Shown here piece by piece: positions 28,386-36,761 of a DNA stretch of 64,000 bases. The stretch spans positions 17,629 through 81,628 of the forward strand of contig VGVZ01000010.1 in the NCBI GenBank assembly GCA_016873805.1, written 5' to 3'. The notes under the pieces were generated by a model. That model saw only the letters and a program-made list of their open reading frames with translations, was not told the DNA's origin and searched no databases. Within the stretch, counting starts at the first letter, position 1; every line of letters starts with the position of its first letter. Origin of the DNA: Ignavibacteria bacterium. Lineage in GTDB: Bacteria > Bacteroidota > Ignavibacteria > UBA10030. Both the position numbers and the translations under genes were made by a program.

Positions 28386-29045
28386 GTGCTCTCAAGCGAT
28401 TCCGGATTTATCAAAGACGTTGACGGCGTTTTCCTCTTTATTCTGGCGATTTCCCTCGTCCTCCTAATCCTCATCACGCTCCTGATGGTGTACTTTGTTA
28501 TCCGGTACAGCAGGAAGCGTAATCCACGGCCGTCAAACATCGAAGGCAACGTCCCGCTCGAGATTCTCTGGACCGTCATTCCAACCATTCTTGTCATCGG
28601 GATGTTCTACTACGGGTGGATTGGATATGAGAGGATGAAGAATATCCCGGCGGATGCCATTGTGATCGAAGTAACGGCGAGAATGTGGGAATGGGAATTC
28701 GTGTACCCCAACGGAGTCAAAACGGATACACTCTATGTTCCGCTCGGCAAAGCGATCCAGACGAACCTGATTTCAGCCGACGTCAATCATTCATTCTTCG
28801 TGCCGGCATTCCGACTCAAGAAGGACGTCATCCCCAACAAGAAGAATCAGGCCTGGTTTCGTGCTGATGAGGTGGGGGCATACGATATCGCCTGTGCAGA
28901 GTACTGCGGCCTCAAGCATTCGTATATGTATTCTAAAGTCGTCGTGATGGCGGAGGAAGATTTCGATTCGTGGTACGCCCAGATGTATGGGACATCTCAG
29001 GCCGCCCCCGCGGACACAGCGGCAAAGCGAACGGAAGGACGATGA
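28386..29045 (+). CDS. ctaC: Cytochrome c oxidase subunit II (CuA) without a fused cytochrome c domain
   Basis: 219 aa with a GTG start. Two TM helices. CuA ligands DVNHSFFVP and CAEYCGLKHSYM. No CXXCH motif anywhere in the protein. Confidence 0.9.
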   Translation: MLSSDSGFIKDVDGVFLFILAISLVLLILITLLMVYFVIRYSRKRNPRPSNIEGNVPLEILWTVIPTILVIGMFYYGWIGYERMKNIPADAIVIEVTARMWEWEFVYPNGVKTDTLYVPLGKAIQTNLISADVNHSFFVPAFRLKKDVIPNKKNQAWFRADEVGAYDIACAEYCGLKHSYMYSKVVVMAEEDFDSWYAQMYGTSQAAPADTAAKRTEGR

Positions 29046-29055
29046 AGCTGAGGCC

Positions 29056-29925
29056 ATGCGCGTGAAACGGACGATCGCTATCGCTCTGGAACTTGCCAAG
29101 ATCCGAATCACCACTGTGGTGATGATCACCACACTCCTCGGCTATCTCTTGGCCAAGGGGAGCGTCGACCTAGCAATCATCCCGGTCCTTCTCGGAACGC
29201 TTTTCCTTGCGTGCGGATCGGCTGTCTTCAATCATGTGCAGGAGCGTCGTACTGATGCGCTCATGCCGCGCACGCGCAAGCGGCCGATTCCCTCGGGAGC
29301 GATCTCGCCGCGGAGCGCCGTCATTTTCGGAATGCTCCTCACGCTCGCCGGATCGGTAACGTTGGTCGCGGCATCGGGTCTTGCAGCCCTCGCGCTCGGG
29401 GTGCTCGCCTTTCTCTGGTACAACGGGGTCTACACGCCGCTTAAGAGGAGGCATCCTATGGCCGTCATTCCGGGCTCGCTGATCGGAGCCATTCCTCCGG
29501 CCATCGGATGGGTTGCCGCAGGAGGGAGTCTGTTGGACGAAAAGATCCTTGCCGTGTCGTTCTTCTTTTTTGTTTGGCAGATTCCGCACTTCTGGTTGCT
29601 GATGCTCTTCTTTGAAAAGGATTACCGGCAGGCCGGCTTTCCTACCATGCAGAGCATCTTTTCACGCGATCAGATCCTTCGCATCACCTTTATCTGGATG
29701 ATGGGGGTTTGCGTGTTAAGCATCGGACTGCCGCTCTTTGGTGTTGCAGAATCGTTCCTTATTCATCTGGGGCTCGTCCTGTCCGCAATCTGGCTCTCAT
29801 GGAATGCGTTTCGGTTCGTGATGAGCTCCAAGAGTGATCTCAAGCTGATGTACGCGTTCAAGGGAATCAATCGGTTTGCCCTGCTGCTTGTCATTCTTCT
29901 TTCACTTGATCAGTTGGTGGTATAG
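29056..29925 (+). CDS. ctaB: Protoheme IX farnesyltransferase (heme O synthase)
   Basis: Trimmed to ATG 29056. UbiA-family motifs ACGSAVFNHVQERRTDALMPRTRKRPIPSG and WQIPHFW. Confidence 0.9.
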   Translation: MRVKRTIAIALELAKIRITTVVMITTLLGYLLAKGSVDLAIIPVLLGTLFLACGSAVFNHVQERRTDALMPRTRKRPIPSGAISPRSAVIFGMLLTLAGSVTLVAASGLAALALGVLAFLWYNGVYTPLKRRHPMAVIPGSLIGAIPPAIGWVAAGGSLLDEKILAVSFFFFVWQIPHFWLLMLFFEKDYRQAGFPTMQSIFSRDQILRITFIWMMGVCVLSIGLPLFGVAESFLIHLGLVLSAIWLSWNAFRFVMSSKSDLKLMYAFKGINRFALLLVILLSLDQLVV

Positions 29926-29943
29926 TCCGAAGGATACGGCTCA

Positions 29944-31305
29944 ATGGATTTTCTGAAAGAACTCGCTTTTCCCCAATCGCTTCAACACGTCTCGCTCCTT
30001 CATGTGGTGCTCGGACTCGTCTCGCTCCTCTTTCTCCCCTATCTCAGTCTCCTTCTGGGGAGTTCCTTCTTCTCATTGTACCTTGGGAGGCAGGCACGCA
30101 AGCGCGACGATCACCGGCTCAGACGCTTCGCGAAGGATCTCATCGAAATGCCGATGATGATGAAAAGCGTCCCGTTTCTTTTCGGCATTGTTCCCCTCTT
30201 TTCGATCATTCTCATTTACGCGCAGCTGCTCCACGGGACCGAGTCCATTGCGATATCGGTGTTCACTGTATCCTTCTTCATATTCATCGTTTCCGTCGTC
30301 TTGCTCTACGCGTACAGGTACACCATCCGATTGGGCACGCTTCTCGACTTCGTCGGTGATTTCCTCGTCGATGATTCACGTTCGCAAGATATTTCCCGAG
30401 AGATCGGGCAATACAACAACGAGAACATTGCGAGCGGGAATCGGGTGGGGATTTGGGGAACGATTCTTCTCTTCATCTCGGCATTTCTCTTCGTATCGGC
30501 AACCGCGCTTGCCATGGACTCACACAGCTGGGAAACCGTCGAGACCATTTTTCCGTCGATGATTTCCGGATTGACATGGTTCCGTTTTCTTCAGCTTCTG
30601 ACGCTTGGCGTCGCCCTGGCTGGAGGAACGGTCCTCTTTTTTCTGTACAGCTGGCAGGGGGGGCAGCGAGACATCGCGGACAGCTATTCTGAATTCCTCA
30701 GAGCAACCGTTCTTCCATGGACATTGATTGCCGCACTCGCTCAGCCCGTACTCCTGACGCTCGACTTGTTGCTTTTGCCGAAGCCGGCACTCTCGTTTTT
30801 CACATTCGCCGGTGCAATCGGAAGCATATTGTCCCTATTTCTAATCGCGAATTTTTTCTACGCCATGATCAAGGAATCTCATTTCCGGTTTGCCGGATTC
30901 GCGTTTTATCTCTTCATCGGCGCATTTCTCTTCCTTGGTATCCGCGACGCATCTTCGCTCAGCAACGCTGTGAGACCGCACGCCGCTGTGCTGGCCGCCG
31001 AATTCGCGAACTCTGAGGCTGAGTTGAAATCAAAACTCGGCGTGAGCGTGGTGAAGTTGAGTCCGGAAGATATTTTTGTGGGGAAGTGCTCCGCCTGCCA
31101 TGCCTTCGGCCAGAAAGTCGTCGGACCCGCATACAACGACGTGCTGCCCAAGTATGACGGAAAACAAGAAGACCTCATCAGATTCATCCTGAATCCCGTC
31201 AAAGTCGATCCTGCCTTTCCCCCGATGCCGGCTCAGGGTCTCAGACCCTCGGAGGCGGAAGCAGTCGCGGAGTTCCTCGTGAAGACCTACCAGGAACGGA
31301 AATAG
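29944..31305 (+). CDS. Polytopic membrane protein (about 8 or more TM segments) with a C-terminal c551/c552-like cytochrome c domain
   Basis: 453 aa. C-terminal CSACHAFGQKVVGPAYNDVLPKY...PPMP closely parallels the cytochrome c551 pattern C-x-A-C-H-x5-VGPAYKDVAAK. The N-terminal ~370 aa are hydrophobic with no motif I recognise. Confidence 0.75.
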   Translation: MDFLKELAFPQSLQHVSLLHVVLGLVSLLFLPYLSLLLGSSFFSLYLGRQARKRDDHRLRRFAKDLIEMPMMMKSVPFLFGIVPLFSIILIYAQLLHGTESIAISVFTVSFFIFIVSVVLLYAYRYTIRLGTLLDFVGDFLVDDSRSQDISREIGQYNNENIASGNRVGIWGTILLFISAFLFVSATALAMDSHSWETVETIFPSMISGLTWFRFLQLLTLGVALAGGTVLFFLYSWQGGQRDIADSYSEFLRATVLPWTLIAALAQPVLLTLDLLLLPKPALSFFTFAGAIGSILSLFLIANFFYAMIKESHFRFAGFAFYLFIGAFLFLGIRDASSLSNAVRPHAAVLAAEFANSEAELKSKLGVSVVKLSPEDIFVGKCSACHAFGQKVVGPAYNDVLPKYDGKQEDLIRFILNPVKVDPAFPPMPAQGLRPSEAEAVAEFLVKTYQERK

Positions 31306-31352
31306 GGGCGGAACAAGTAGCTTCCATCACAATCCTGCCGTTGTCCGATATC

Positions 31353-32144
31353 CTACCGCCACGAAAACTGCAAATCGACCAGCGGAAGCAGCAGATGCCA
31401 CTGGTTGCCGAAGGGGTATTCGCCGTAGGTGACTTTCGCGCCGAGACAAAGCCTCGTCGATTCACCCGCGTGCCAATAGAGGAGAGCTTTGCTTTCCAAT
31501 GCCCTGCCGAATTCCACGCCCGGAATAAAGAACAGGTCGGCATCGACCAAAAATCTCAAATGGCTGATGAGATTGCCCTCGAGGTCTATCCCGCCCCGTA
31601 GGCCGAACCCGTGATAGAACACGGCCAGGCGAGGATATACGAGGGGAAGATCGATCGTCGACCGTTCATCAATTGCACCCATTCGCTTCGCGAGGCTCAG
31701 ACCCACTTTGCCGGTAAGAAGTGTAGAACCGACGATCGGCGCGCTAGCCAAGAATTCATGATAGAACTCGACCATTGGGGGAATATGAAACTCAGGCGAG
31801 ATGATCCCTCCAGTACCTTTCCTTGCGAGCAGATTGAGGAGGATCGACGGATACAAGAGGGTATGGCGCGATGCAATCTTCAGATCACCCACATATCCAT
31901 GATCCCACTTGATACCGAAATTGGGGATGACGAAGAAGAGCAGAGGATGGGCTTCAACCTCCAGGTAATCTCTAAATCCATAACGGGCAGGTTCGAATAC
32001 GCCGATCTCCCACGCACCGTGAGGAAGCAGATAAGCAGTTCCGGTCCTCCACAAACGTGGCCCATCCGGCGTTTGCGCCACGCACGGTGAAATGAAGGAG
32101 ACGCCAACGCTGATTCCGGTCAGGAGAATGATCATCTGTTTCAT
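31353..32144 (-). CDS. Putative outer-membrane beta-barrel protein
   Basis: Trimmed to ATG 32144, preceded by GGAGG and overlapping the upstream stop as ATGA. Signal peptide MKQMIILLTGISVGVSFISPCVAQ. Alternating beta pattern. C-terminal aromatic-rich end ...DLQFSWR. Confidence 0.5.
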   Translation of the reverse strand: MKQMIILLTGISVGVSFISPCVAQTPDGPRLWRTGTAYLLPHGAWEIGVFEPARYGFRDYLEVEAHPLLFFVIPNFGIKWDHGYVGDLKIASRHTLLYPSILLNLLARKGTGGIISPEFHIPPMVEFYHEFLASAPIVGSTLLTGKVGLSLAKRMGAIDERSTIDLPLVYPRLAVFYHGFGLRGGIDLEGNLISHLRFLVDADLFFIPGVEFGRALESKALLYWHAGESTRLCLGAKVTYGEYPFGNQWHLLLPLVDLQFSWR

Positions 32145-33253
32145 CGCGCCACCCTCCAATATGCACTGACAGCCGCATGATCGCTCAGCGAAATCCCATT
32201 TTGATATGTGGAATCGGAATTTGGGATCCACTCTCTGTTGGTGAAGAGATAATCCAGTTTCCTGTCCCAGAAGACATCGGGTCTCGTGTGGTGTGTGAAA
32301 TACCTCCGCTGATTGAGGGCATATCTCTCCAACGGGATCTCCGGCTTCAGGGTGTCGTAGAAGACCTGCATCCATCCGATTTCCGGCGTGTAGTTGCTCC
32401 CCTCTTTGTGCCGGGGATTATCCCCTGGACCGTGGAACGACTCACCCGGACAGATATCTTCGAAGCAAAAATCCGTCGAATCCGAAGTCGGCGGGAGGAG
32501 ATTGAAGTCTCCTCCCACAATCAAGGGATATCCCGCAGTGGCGAGACGGGATATCTCTCCATGGAGGACATCAACTTGCCTCCTCTTTGTATCGTCGGTG
32601 GCAAAGGCGGTGAGATGGACGTTGAGCAGATGGAAGTTCGGCGAGTGCGGGATATCGATGCGAGTCTTGAGAACGGCATAGCGGAGATAGAAGTATCGTG
32701 TGAGCGCGTCCTGATCTCCGCGCAGAGGAAGCTGAATTCGCTCCGCTGACAGGATGTTCCACCTGGAGAGCGTCGCGTTGCCTGTCTCGATTCTTCCGAG
32801 TCCGTCACTTGGAACGAATTGTGATTTCCAGGTCGGTGCAAAAGCCGCATAATTCAGATGCGTGTTGTTGAGGATCCAGCGGAGTTGATCGATATATGCC
32901 GAGCGCTTCGATTTGACGTCCACTTCCTGGAGAATGAGGATGTCGGGTTTGATGTCATTGATTCGTGCAACGATGGCCCGCAAAGCACTGGTGACCTCAC
33001 TCTCTGACGCGATCACCCTGTCGCCGCACGAATCTCCGAACCATGGAATCCTCCCGATACCGAACCGGATATTCCAGGTCATAATCTTTATTGAATCAGC
33101 CGATTGGGGGGATGGTGTGAGCTGGTCTGCCCTGGTAATCTCGATCGCCTCCACATCGTCGAACTGCGTCACAAGTGGTTCGCAAGCCGGCGCGAAAACG
33201 ATGACGAACAAAAAGAGAACTAAGAGAGCAATGGACACGAGACGACGATGCAT
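32141..33253 (-). CDS. Endonuclease/exonuclease/phosphatase (EEP) family lipoprotein
   Basis: Trimmed to ATG 33253. Lipobox FAPAC. EEP motifs IMTWNIRFG, ILILQEV, VGGDFN, SDHAAV. Confidence 0.7.
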   Translation of the reverse strand: MHRRLVSIALLVLFLFVIVFAPACEPLVTQFDDVEAIEITRADQLTPSPQSADSIKIMTWNIRFGIGRIPWFGDSCGDRVIASESEVTSALRAIVARINDIKPDILILQEVDVKSKRSAYIDQLRWILNNTHLNYAAFAPTWKSQFVPSDGLGRIETGNATLSRWNILSAERIQLPLRGDQDALTRYFYLRYAVLKTRIDIPHSPNFHLLNVHLTAFATDDTKRRQVDVLHGEISRLATAGYPLIVGGDFNLLPPTSDSTDFCFEDICPGESFHGPGDNPRHKEGSNYTPEIGWMQVFYDTLKPEIPLERYALNQRRYFTHHTRPDVFWDRKLDYLFTNREWIPNSDSTYQNGISLSDHAAVSAYWRVAR

Positions 33254-33517
33254 GACGGTCTCCCTGCGTCGGAAATGTGAAATCATGTCGGTGTACTTTG
33301 AACTCTTCGTGTACAACGTCAAACGATCAGGACGGGAATTGAACATCGGCCGAATATCGCAACGCAAGTATACGAGATTCGAAGGCGATGCTCAAGGGGA
33401 GAGGATTTGTCGGCATGGATGGATTCCGGGAGAGAGTCGCGATCGCCTTGACATTCCATCAAAAAATGGAAACATTGCGCGAAAGAAGATTCTCTTGATA
33501 CCTCCGGTGGAGGGAGC

Positions 33518-34465
33518 ATGTCTTCCAATCCGTTCCTCCGACCCTCGACGAAGGCCTTTGTGCGGGAAGCGAAGACTCTTCCACACTACTCGCGCTTCGA
33601 TTTCCTTCACGGCTACATTTACACGCGCTGGCCATATTTCTACATTGCCGTGGCGACGGGTGAGCATCCGCTTGCGCGCGTTCTTCTTCCGCTGCTCGAA
33701 CGCCTCGGTCGCGCAGTCTCCTTCTTCACGAGACTCCGTCGCAACAGCCGTTCGTCGGAGAACGGGAATGGGGAGGTCACTTTCGCCGATACGTATCACG
33801 GCAAAGTGGTTCCGCTGAATGCGGCAACAAGGATCGTGAGCATCAACCGGCCGATTCCACGCACCGATCTCGAGCACGTGATTCCGTACACGCGGGCGCG
33901 CGAACTCGTCGTCAAGAATCCTCACAACATCGCCGTGCTGCAATGTCCCTGCCGTGCTGCGAGGAAGAAAAGTTGTTCTCCCGGCGAGGTATGCCTGATT
34001 ATCGGAGAGCCCTTCGCGGGATTTGTCGCGGAGCACCATCCGACGCGAGCACGACGGATTACCTCGGCAGAGGCGGTTGAGATTCTGCGCACGGAAGATG
34101 AACGAGGTCATGTTCATCATGCCTTTTTCAAAGACGCGATGCTCGGACGCATGTACGCGATCTGCAACTGTTGCCGATGCTGCTGCGGAGCGATGCAGGC
34201 TCACCGGAACGGCACACCTATGCTGGCATCTTCCGGCTACGTCGCAAAGGTCGACGTTGATCGCTGTGTCGCTTGTGGGACATGCGCGAAGTATTGCCAG
34301 TTTGATGCGGTCAGTCTTGTGGATGGAAGGAAAGTGATTGAAGAGGTGAAGTGCATGGGATGCGGCGTGTGCATCCCCAAGTGCAAGCACAACGCTCTTG
34401 CGCTGGTATTGGATCCCGCGCGCGGAGTACCGTTCGAGATCGATCAGGTTGCTCTTCCGCACTGA
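33518..34465 (+). CDS. Cys-rich Fe-S protein with two ferredoxin-type 4Fe-4S motifs
   Basis: 315 aa. CVACGTCAKYC and CMGCGVCIPKC. Additional clusters LQCPCRAARKKSCSPGEVC and ICNCCRCCCG. Confidence 0.7.
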   Translation: MSSNPFLRPSTKAFVREAKTLPHYSRFDFLHGYIYTRWPYFYIAVATGEHPLARVLLPLLERLGRAVSFFTRLRRNSRSSENGNGEVTFADTYHGKVVPLNAATRIVSINRPIPRTDLEHVIPYTRARELVVKNPHNIAVLQCPCRAARKKSCSPGEVCLIIGEPFAGFVAEHHPTRARRITSAEAVEILRTEDERGHVHHAFFKDAMLGRMYAICNCCRCCCGAMQAHRNGTPMLASSGYVAKVDVDRCVACGTCAKYCQFDAVSLVDGRKVIEEVKCMGCGVCIPKCKHNALALVLDPARGVPFEIDQVALPH

Positions 34466-34570
34466 TTCTGTTCCCCCACCGCTCTCCGACTCACGACGAC
34501 GCGCAATCGCCTCGCGACCCGGGGCTTCCCCCGGTCCATTTACCTTCGATTCACGAACCGGTGAATTCTC

Positions 34571-35638
34571 CTAAAGAAGGGAGACGACGGCGAGAAGTGA
34601 TGAGAGGGAGATGACGATCCACAGAATGGCCCCATGGACGAACGGCTTGGCACCGACGTTCCGGACCATTCGCCGCGTCAACATGGAGCCGATTAGGAAG
34701 AGCGTGATCGTGAGACCGATGCGTGCCAACGACACGATTGTAGGGGAAATCTCCGCGATCGGCGCTGCGACAGTCCGAAGAAACGATGCGACCACAAAGA
34801 AGGCAACGAAGAACGGAATCGGAAATCCCGAGGTTCTCCCGCGGAACAGAACTCCGGTGAGCACGAGGAGGGGAATGAGCCACAGGGTCCTCCCCAGCTT
34901 AACGGTGGTCGCAATTGCCAATGCCTCGCTGCTGTGTCGTGCGGCGGCCCCCACAACCGAACTCGTATCGTGAATGGCAATCGCTGTCCAGACACCAAAC
35001 TGGAGGGGCGTCATTGCGAGAATTTGCGCGACGAAAGGAAACGAGAAGAGAGCGACGGCATTCAGCATGAAAACCGTACCCAGCGCGACGGACATTTCCT
35101 GTTCCTCCGCTTTGACCACGGGTCCCAACGCTGCAATGGCGCTGCCGCCGCAAATCGCTGTGCCCGATGAGATCAGATGCGTGGTTGAGCATGACAGTCC
35201 GAGCCTTCGCCCGCCCCATGTTCCGAGCAGGAGCGCGACAAAGACCACAGCAATAGTGAAGCCGATTCCAACTTGACTCACCTCAACGATCGTGAGGAGA
35301 TCAATCCCGAAGCCGAGTCCAACGACGGACGCTTGCAGAAGAATCCTTGCGGCTGTTCGGTGTAGCGCTCCCGGCTCATCGTTGAAAAGCCAGCCAAAGA
35401 AGAGTCCAACGGCAAGCGCAATGGGGGGAGTGATGAAGGGAAACAAACAAACGGCAATGAGAATGGCAAAGGCGAGTTGTTTGACGATGCGGCGATGCGG
35501 AAGTGTTTGAGAGATCATAGAGGGTGACGGCGAATCAAACACTTCCGGCGGTTGGTGAAGACAATTTTCGAATGAAACGAGAATCCCGCCGACAATCAGC
35601 GGGATAATCTGAATCTGGCTACAGAGCGCACCCAACAC
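34571..35638 (-). CDS. YeiH/UPF0324-family putative sulfate-exporter-type membrane protein
   Basis: Polytopic. The pattern GLGFGIDLL...GGSAIAALGPVV resembles YeiH. The start is uncertain: GTG 35638 or ATG 35518. Confidence 0.65.
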   Translation of the reverse strand: MLGALCSQIQIIPLIVGGILVSFENCLHQPPEVFDSPSPSMISQTLPHRRIVKQLAFAILIAVCLFPFITPPIALAVGLFFGWLFNDEPGALHRTAARILLQASVVGLGFGIDLLTIVEVSQVGIGFTIAVVFVALLLGTWGGRRLGLSCSTTHLISSGTAICGGSAIAALGPVVKAEEQEMSVALGTVFMLNAVALFSFPFVAQILAMTPLQFGVWTAIAIHDTSSVVGAAARHSSEALAIATTVKLGRTLWLIPLLVLTGVLFRGRTSGFPIPFFVAFFVVASFLRTVAAPIAEISPTIVSLARIGLTITLFLIGSMLTRRMVRNVGAKPFVHGAILWIVISLSSLLAVVSLL

Positions 35639-35744
35639 GTGACAGTCTGCAGCATCTCAATCTACAATCCGCAATCTCTTGTGACCCCGCTGTCCCGTCA
35701 CGAGACGGGAAACGCGGAACCTACAGTCCCGTTCCGACTCATCG

Positions 35745-35818
35745 TGAGCCCGGCGCGACTCGAACGCGCAACCTATAGCTTAGAAGGCTATTGCTCTATC
35801 CCGTTGAGCTACGGGCCC
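35745..35818 (-). tRNA. tRNA-Arg (anticodon UCU)
   Basis: The reverse complement GGGCCCGTAGCTCAACGGGATAGAGCAATAGCCTTCTAAGCTATAGGTTGCGCGTTCGAGTCGCGCCGGGCTCA folds as a cloverleaf. It has a 7-bp acceptor stem with one G-U pair, anticodon loop CTTCTAA, and T-loop TTCGAGT. No encoded CCA. Confidence 0.9.
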
Positions 35819-36203
35819 AGATTTGCACGGCATTCTGCCGATTAAGATACAAAAGAGTGATAGCGAAGGCAAGGCGGACTGCAGCTTCGTGACACTGAAG
35901 GTTCGAGTGTTTTGCATTAGGAATTGTAGAGGATTATGCCTATCTTTTGTGCGTCAAATAAAAGTACACCGTGTATCCCCTTTGGGGACTCGTCCGAGCC
36001 CATACGGCTTCGGTGAGTCCGGTCTTCAAAACCCGCTGATAATGTGCACGCACGCCTTCCAAGGTTGAACGCTGACAATCAGTAACGTTTGAGAGAAACT
36101 ACAAAGTCCGGACGTATCGGTTTGCAAGTCCAGATGATCGGCGTACACCTTGCCCGACGGTTGAGTCGGGAATTCATCTATTATAACAGAAAGGACATGT
36201 TCC

Positions 36204-36407
36204 ATGGAAAAAGGAACTGTCAAATGGTTCAACGGAACCAAAGGTTTCGGTTTCATCACTCCCAACGCTGGTGGCAAAGACGTGTTTGTGCACTTCAGAT
36301 CCATCAGGGGCGACGGCTTCAAGACCCTGAACGAAGGGGACCAAGTCGAGTTCGAAGTTGAGCAGGGTCTCAAGGGCCCCTCAGCAAAGAACGTTTCCCT
36401 GATCTAA
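36204..36407 (+). CDS. cspA: Cold-shock protein (CspA family)
   Basis: 67 aa. [20 protein letters not shown]...VFVHFRSI carries the RNP1 and RNP2 motifs. A long non-coding region precedes it. Confidence 0.95.
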   Translation: MEKGTVKWFNGTKGFGFITPNAGGKDVFVHFRSIRGDGFKTLNEGDQVEFEVEQGLKGPSAKNVSLI

Positions 36408-36429
36408 GTGAAAATCGAAACAACTTCGT

Positions 36430-36472
36430 CAAGCCCTGTCCGGCCAATGCCGTGGCAGGGCTTGGTGATTTA
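36430..36472 (+). terminator. Rho-independent terminator after csp
   Basis: CAAGCCCTG-17 nt-CAGGGCTTG followed by GTGATTTAT. Confidence 0.65.
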
Positions 36473-36578
36473 TGCGTGCTAGTCCAGGGGTTTTGGACAT
36501 TCGATGATGCCGCAGGAATAGTTGCACCCGGATCGCAAAACGGTTAGTTTTGAGCATTGTTGATGATGGAGAGAGACG

Positions 36579-36761
36579 ATGAGTGATCAGAAACTTTCTG
36601 CAGAAGAGCGGAACAAACGCGTCAGCACGCTCCTTCACCAGGTCGACGAGTTGGTGAAGCAGGGGAACCTCGATGCCGCGCTGGAGAAGAGCGCCGGAAG
36701 ATGCTCGAGCAGGAACGGGAAAAGACGCATCGCAACAGTACCGAAGCATACCGGTCGCTGA
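36579..36761 (+). CDS. Short ORF, probably the displaced N-terminus of the downstream REC protein (apparent frameshift)
   Basis: GGAGAG lies 5 nt upstream of the ATG. MSDQKLSAEERNKRVSTLLHQVDELVKQGNLDAALEKS reads as genuine helical protein, then turns into a basic, low-complexity tail after about 36690. Confidence 0.35.
   Translation: MSDQKLSAEERNKRVSTLLHQVDELVKQGNLDAALEKSAGRCSSRNGKRRIATVPKHTGR

Noticed and set aside
35639-35744. Possible second tRNA or tRNA fragment next to tRNA-Arg (GC-rich stems such as CCCGTCACGAGACGGG)
   Set aside because: I could not fold a cloverleaf; there is no T-loop GTTCRANNC or matching acceptor. It is probably just a hairpin between the tRNA and the YeiH-like gene.
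36095-36125. AAAGTCCGG string reminiscent of the RNase P RNA conserved GGAAAGUCCGG block
   Set aside because: The other universally conserved RNase P elements (for example ACAGAAxCCGGCUUA) are absent from the 385-nt region. It is more simply the csp 5' leader.
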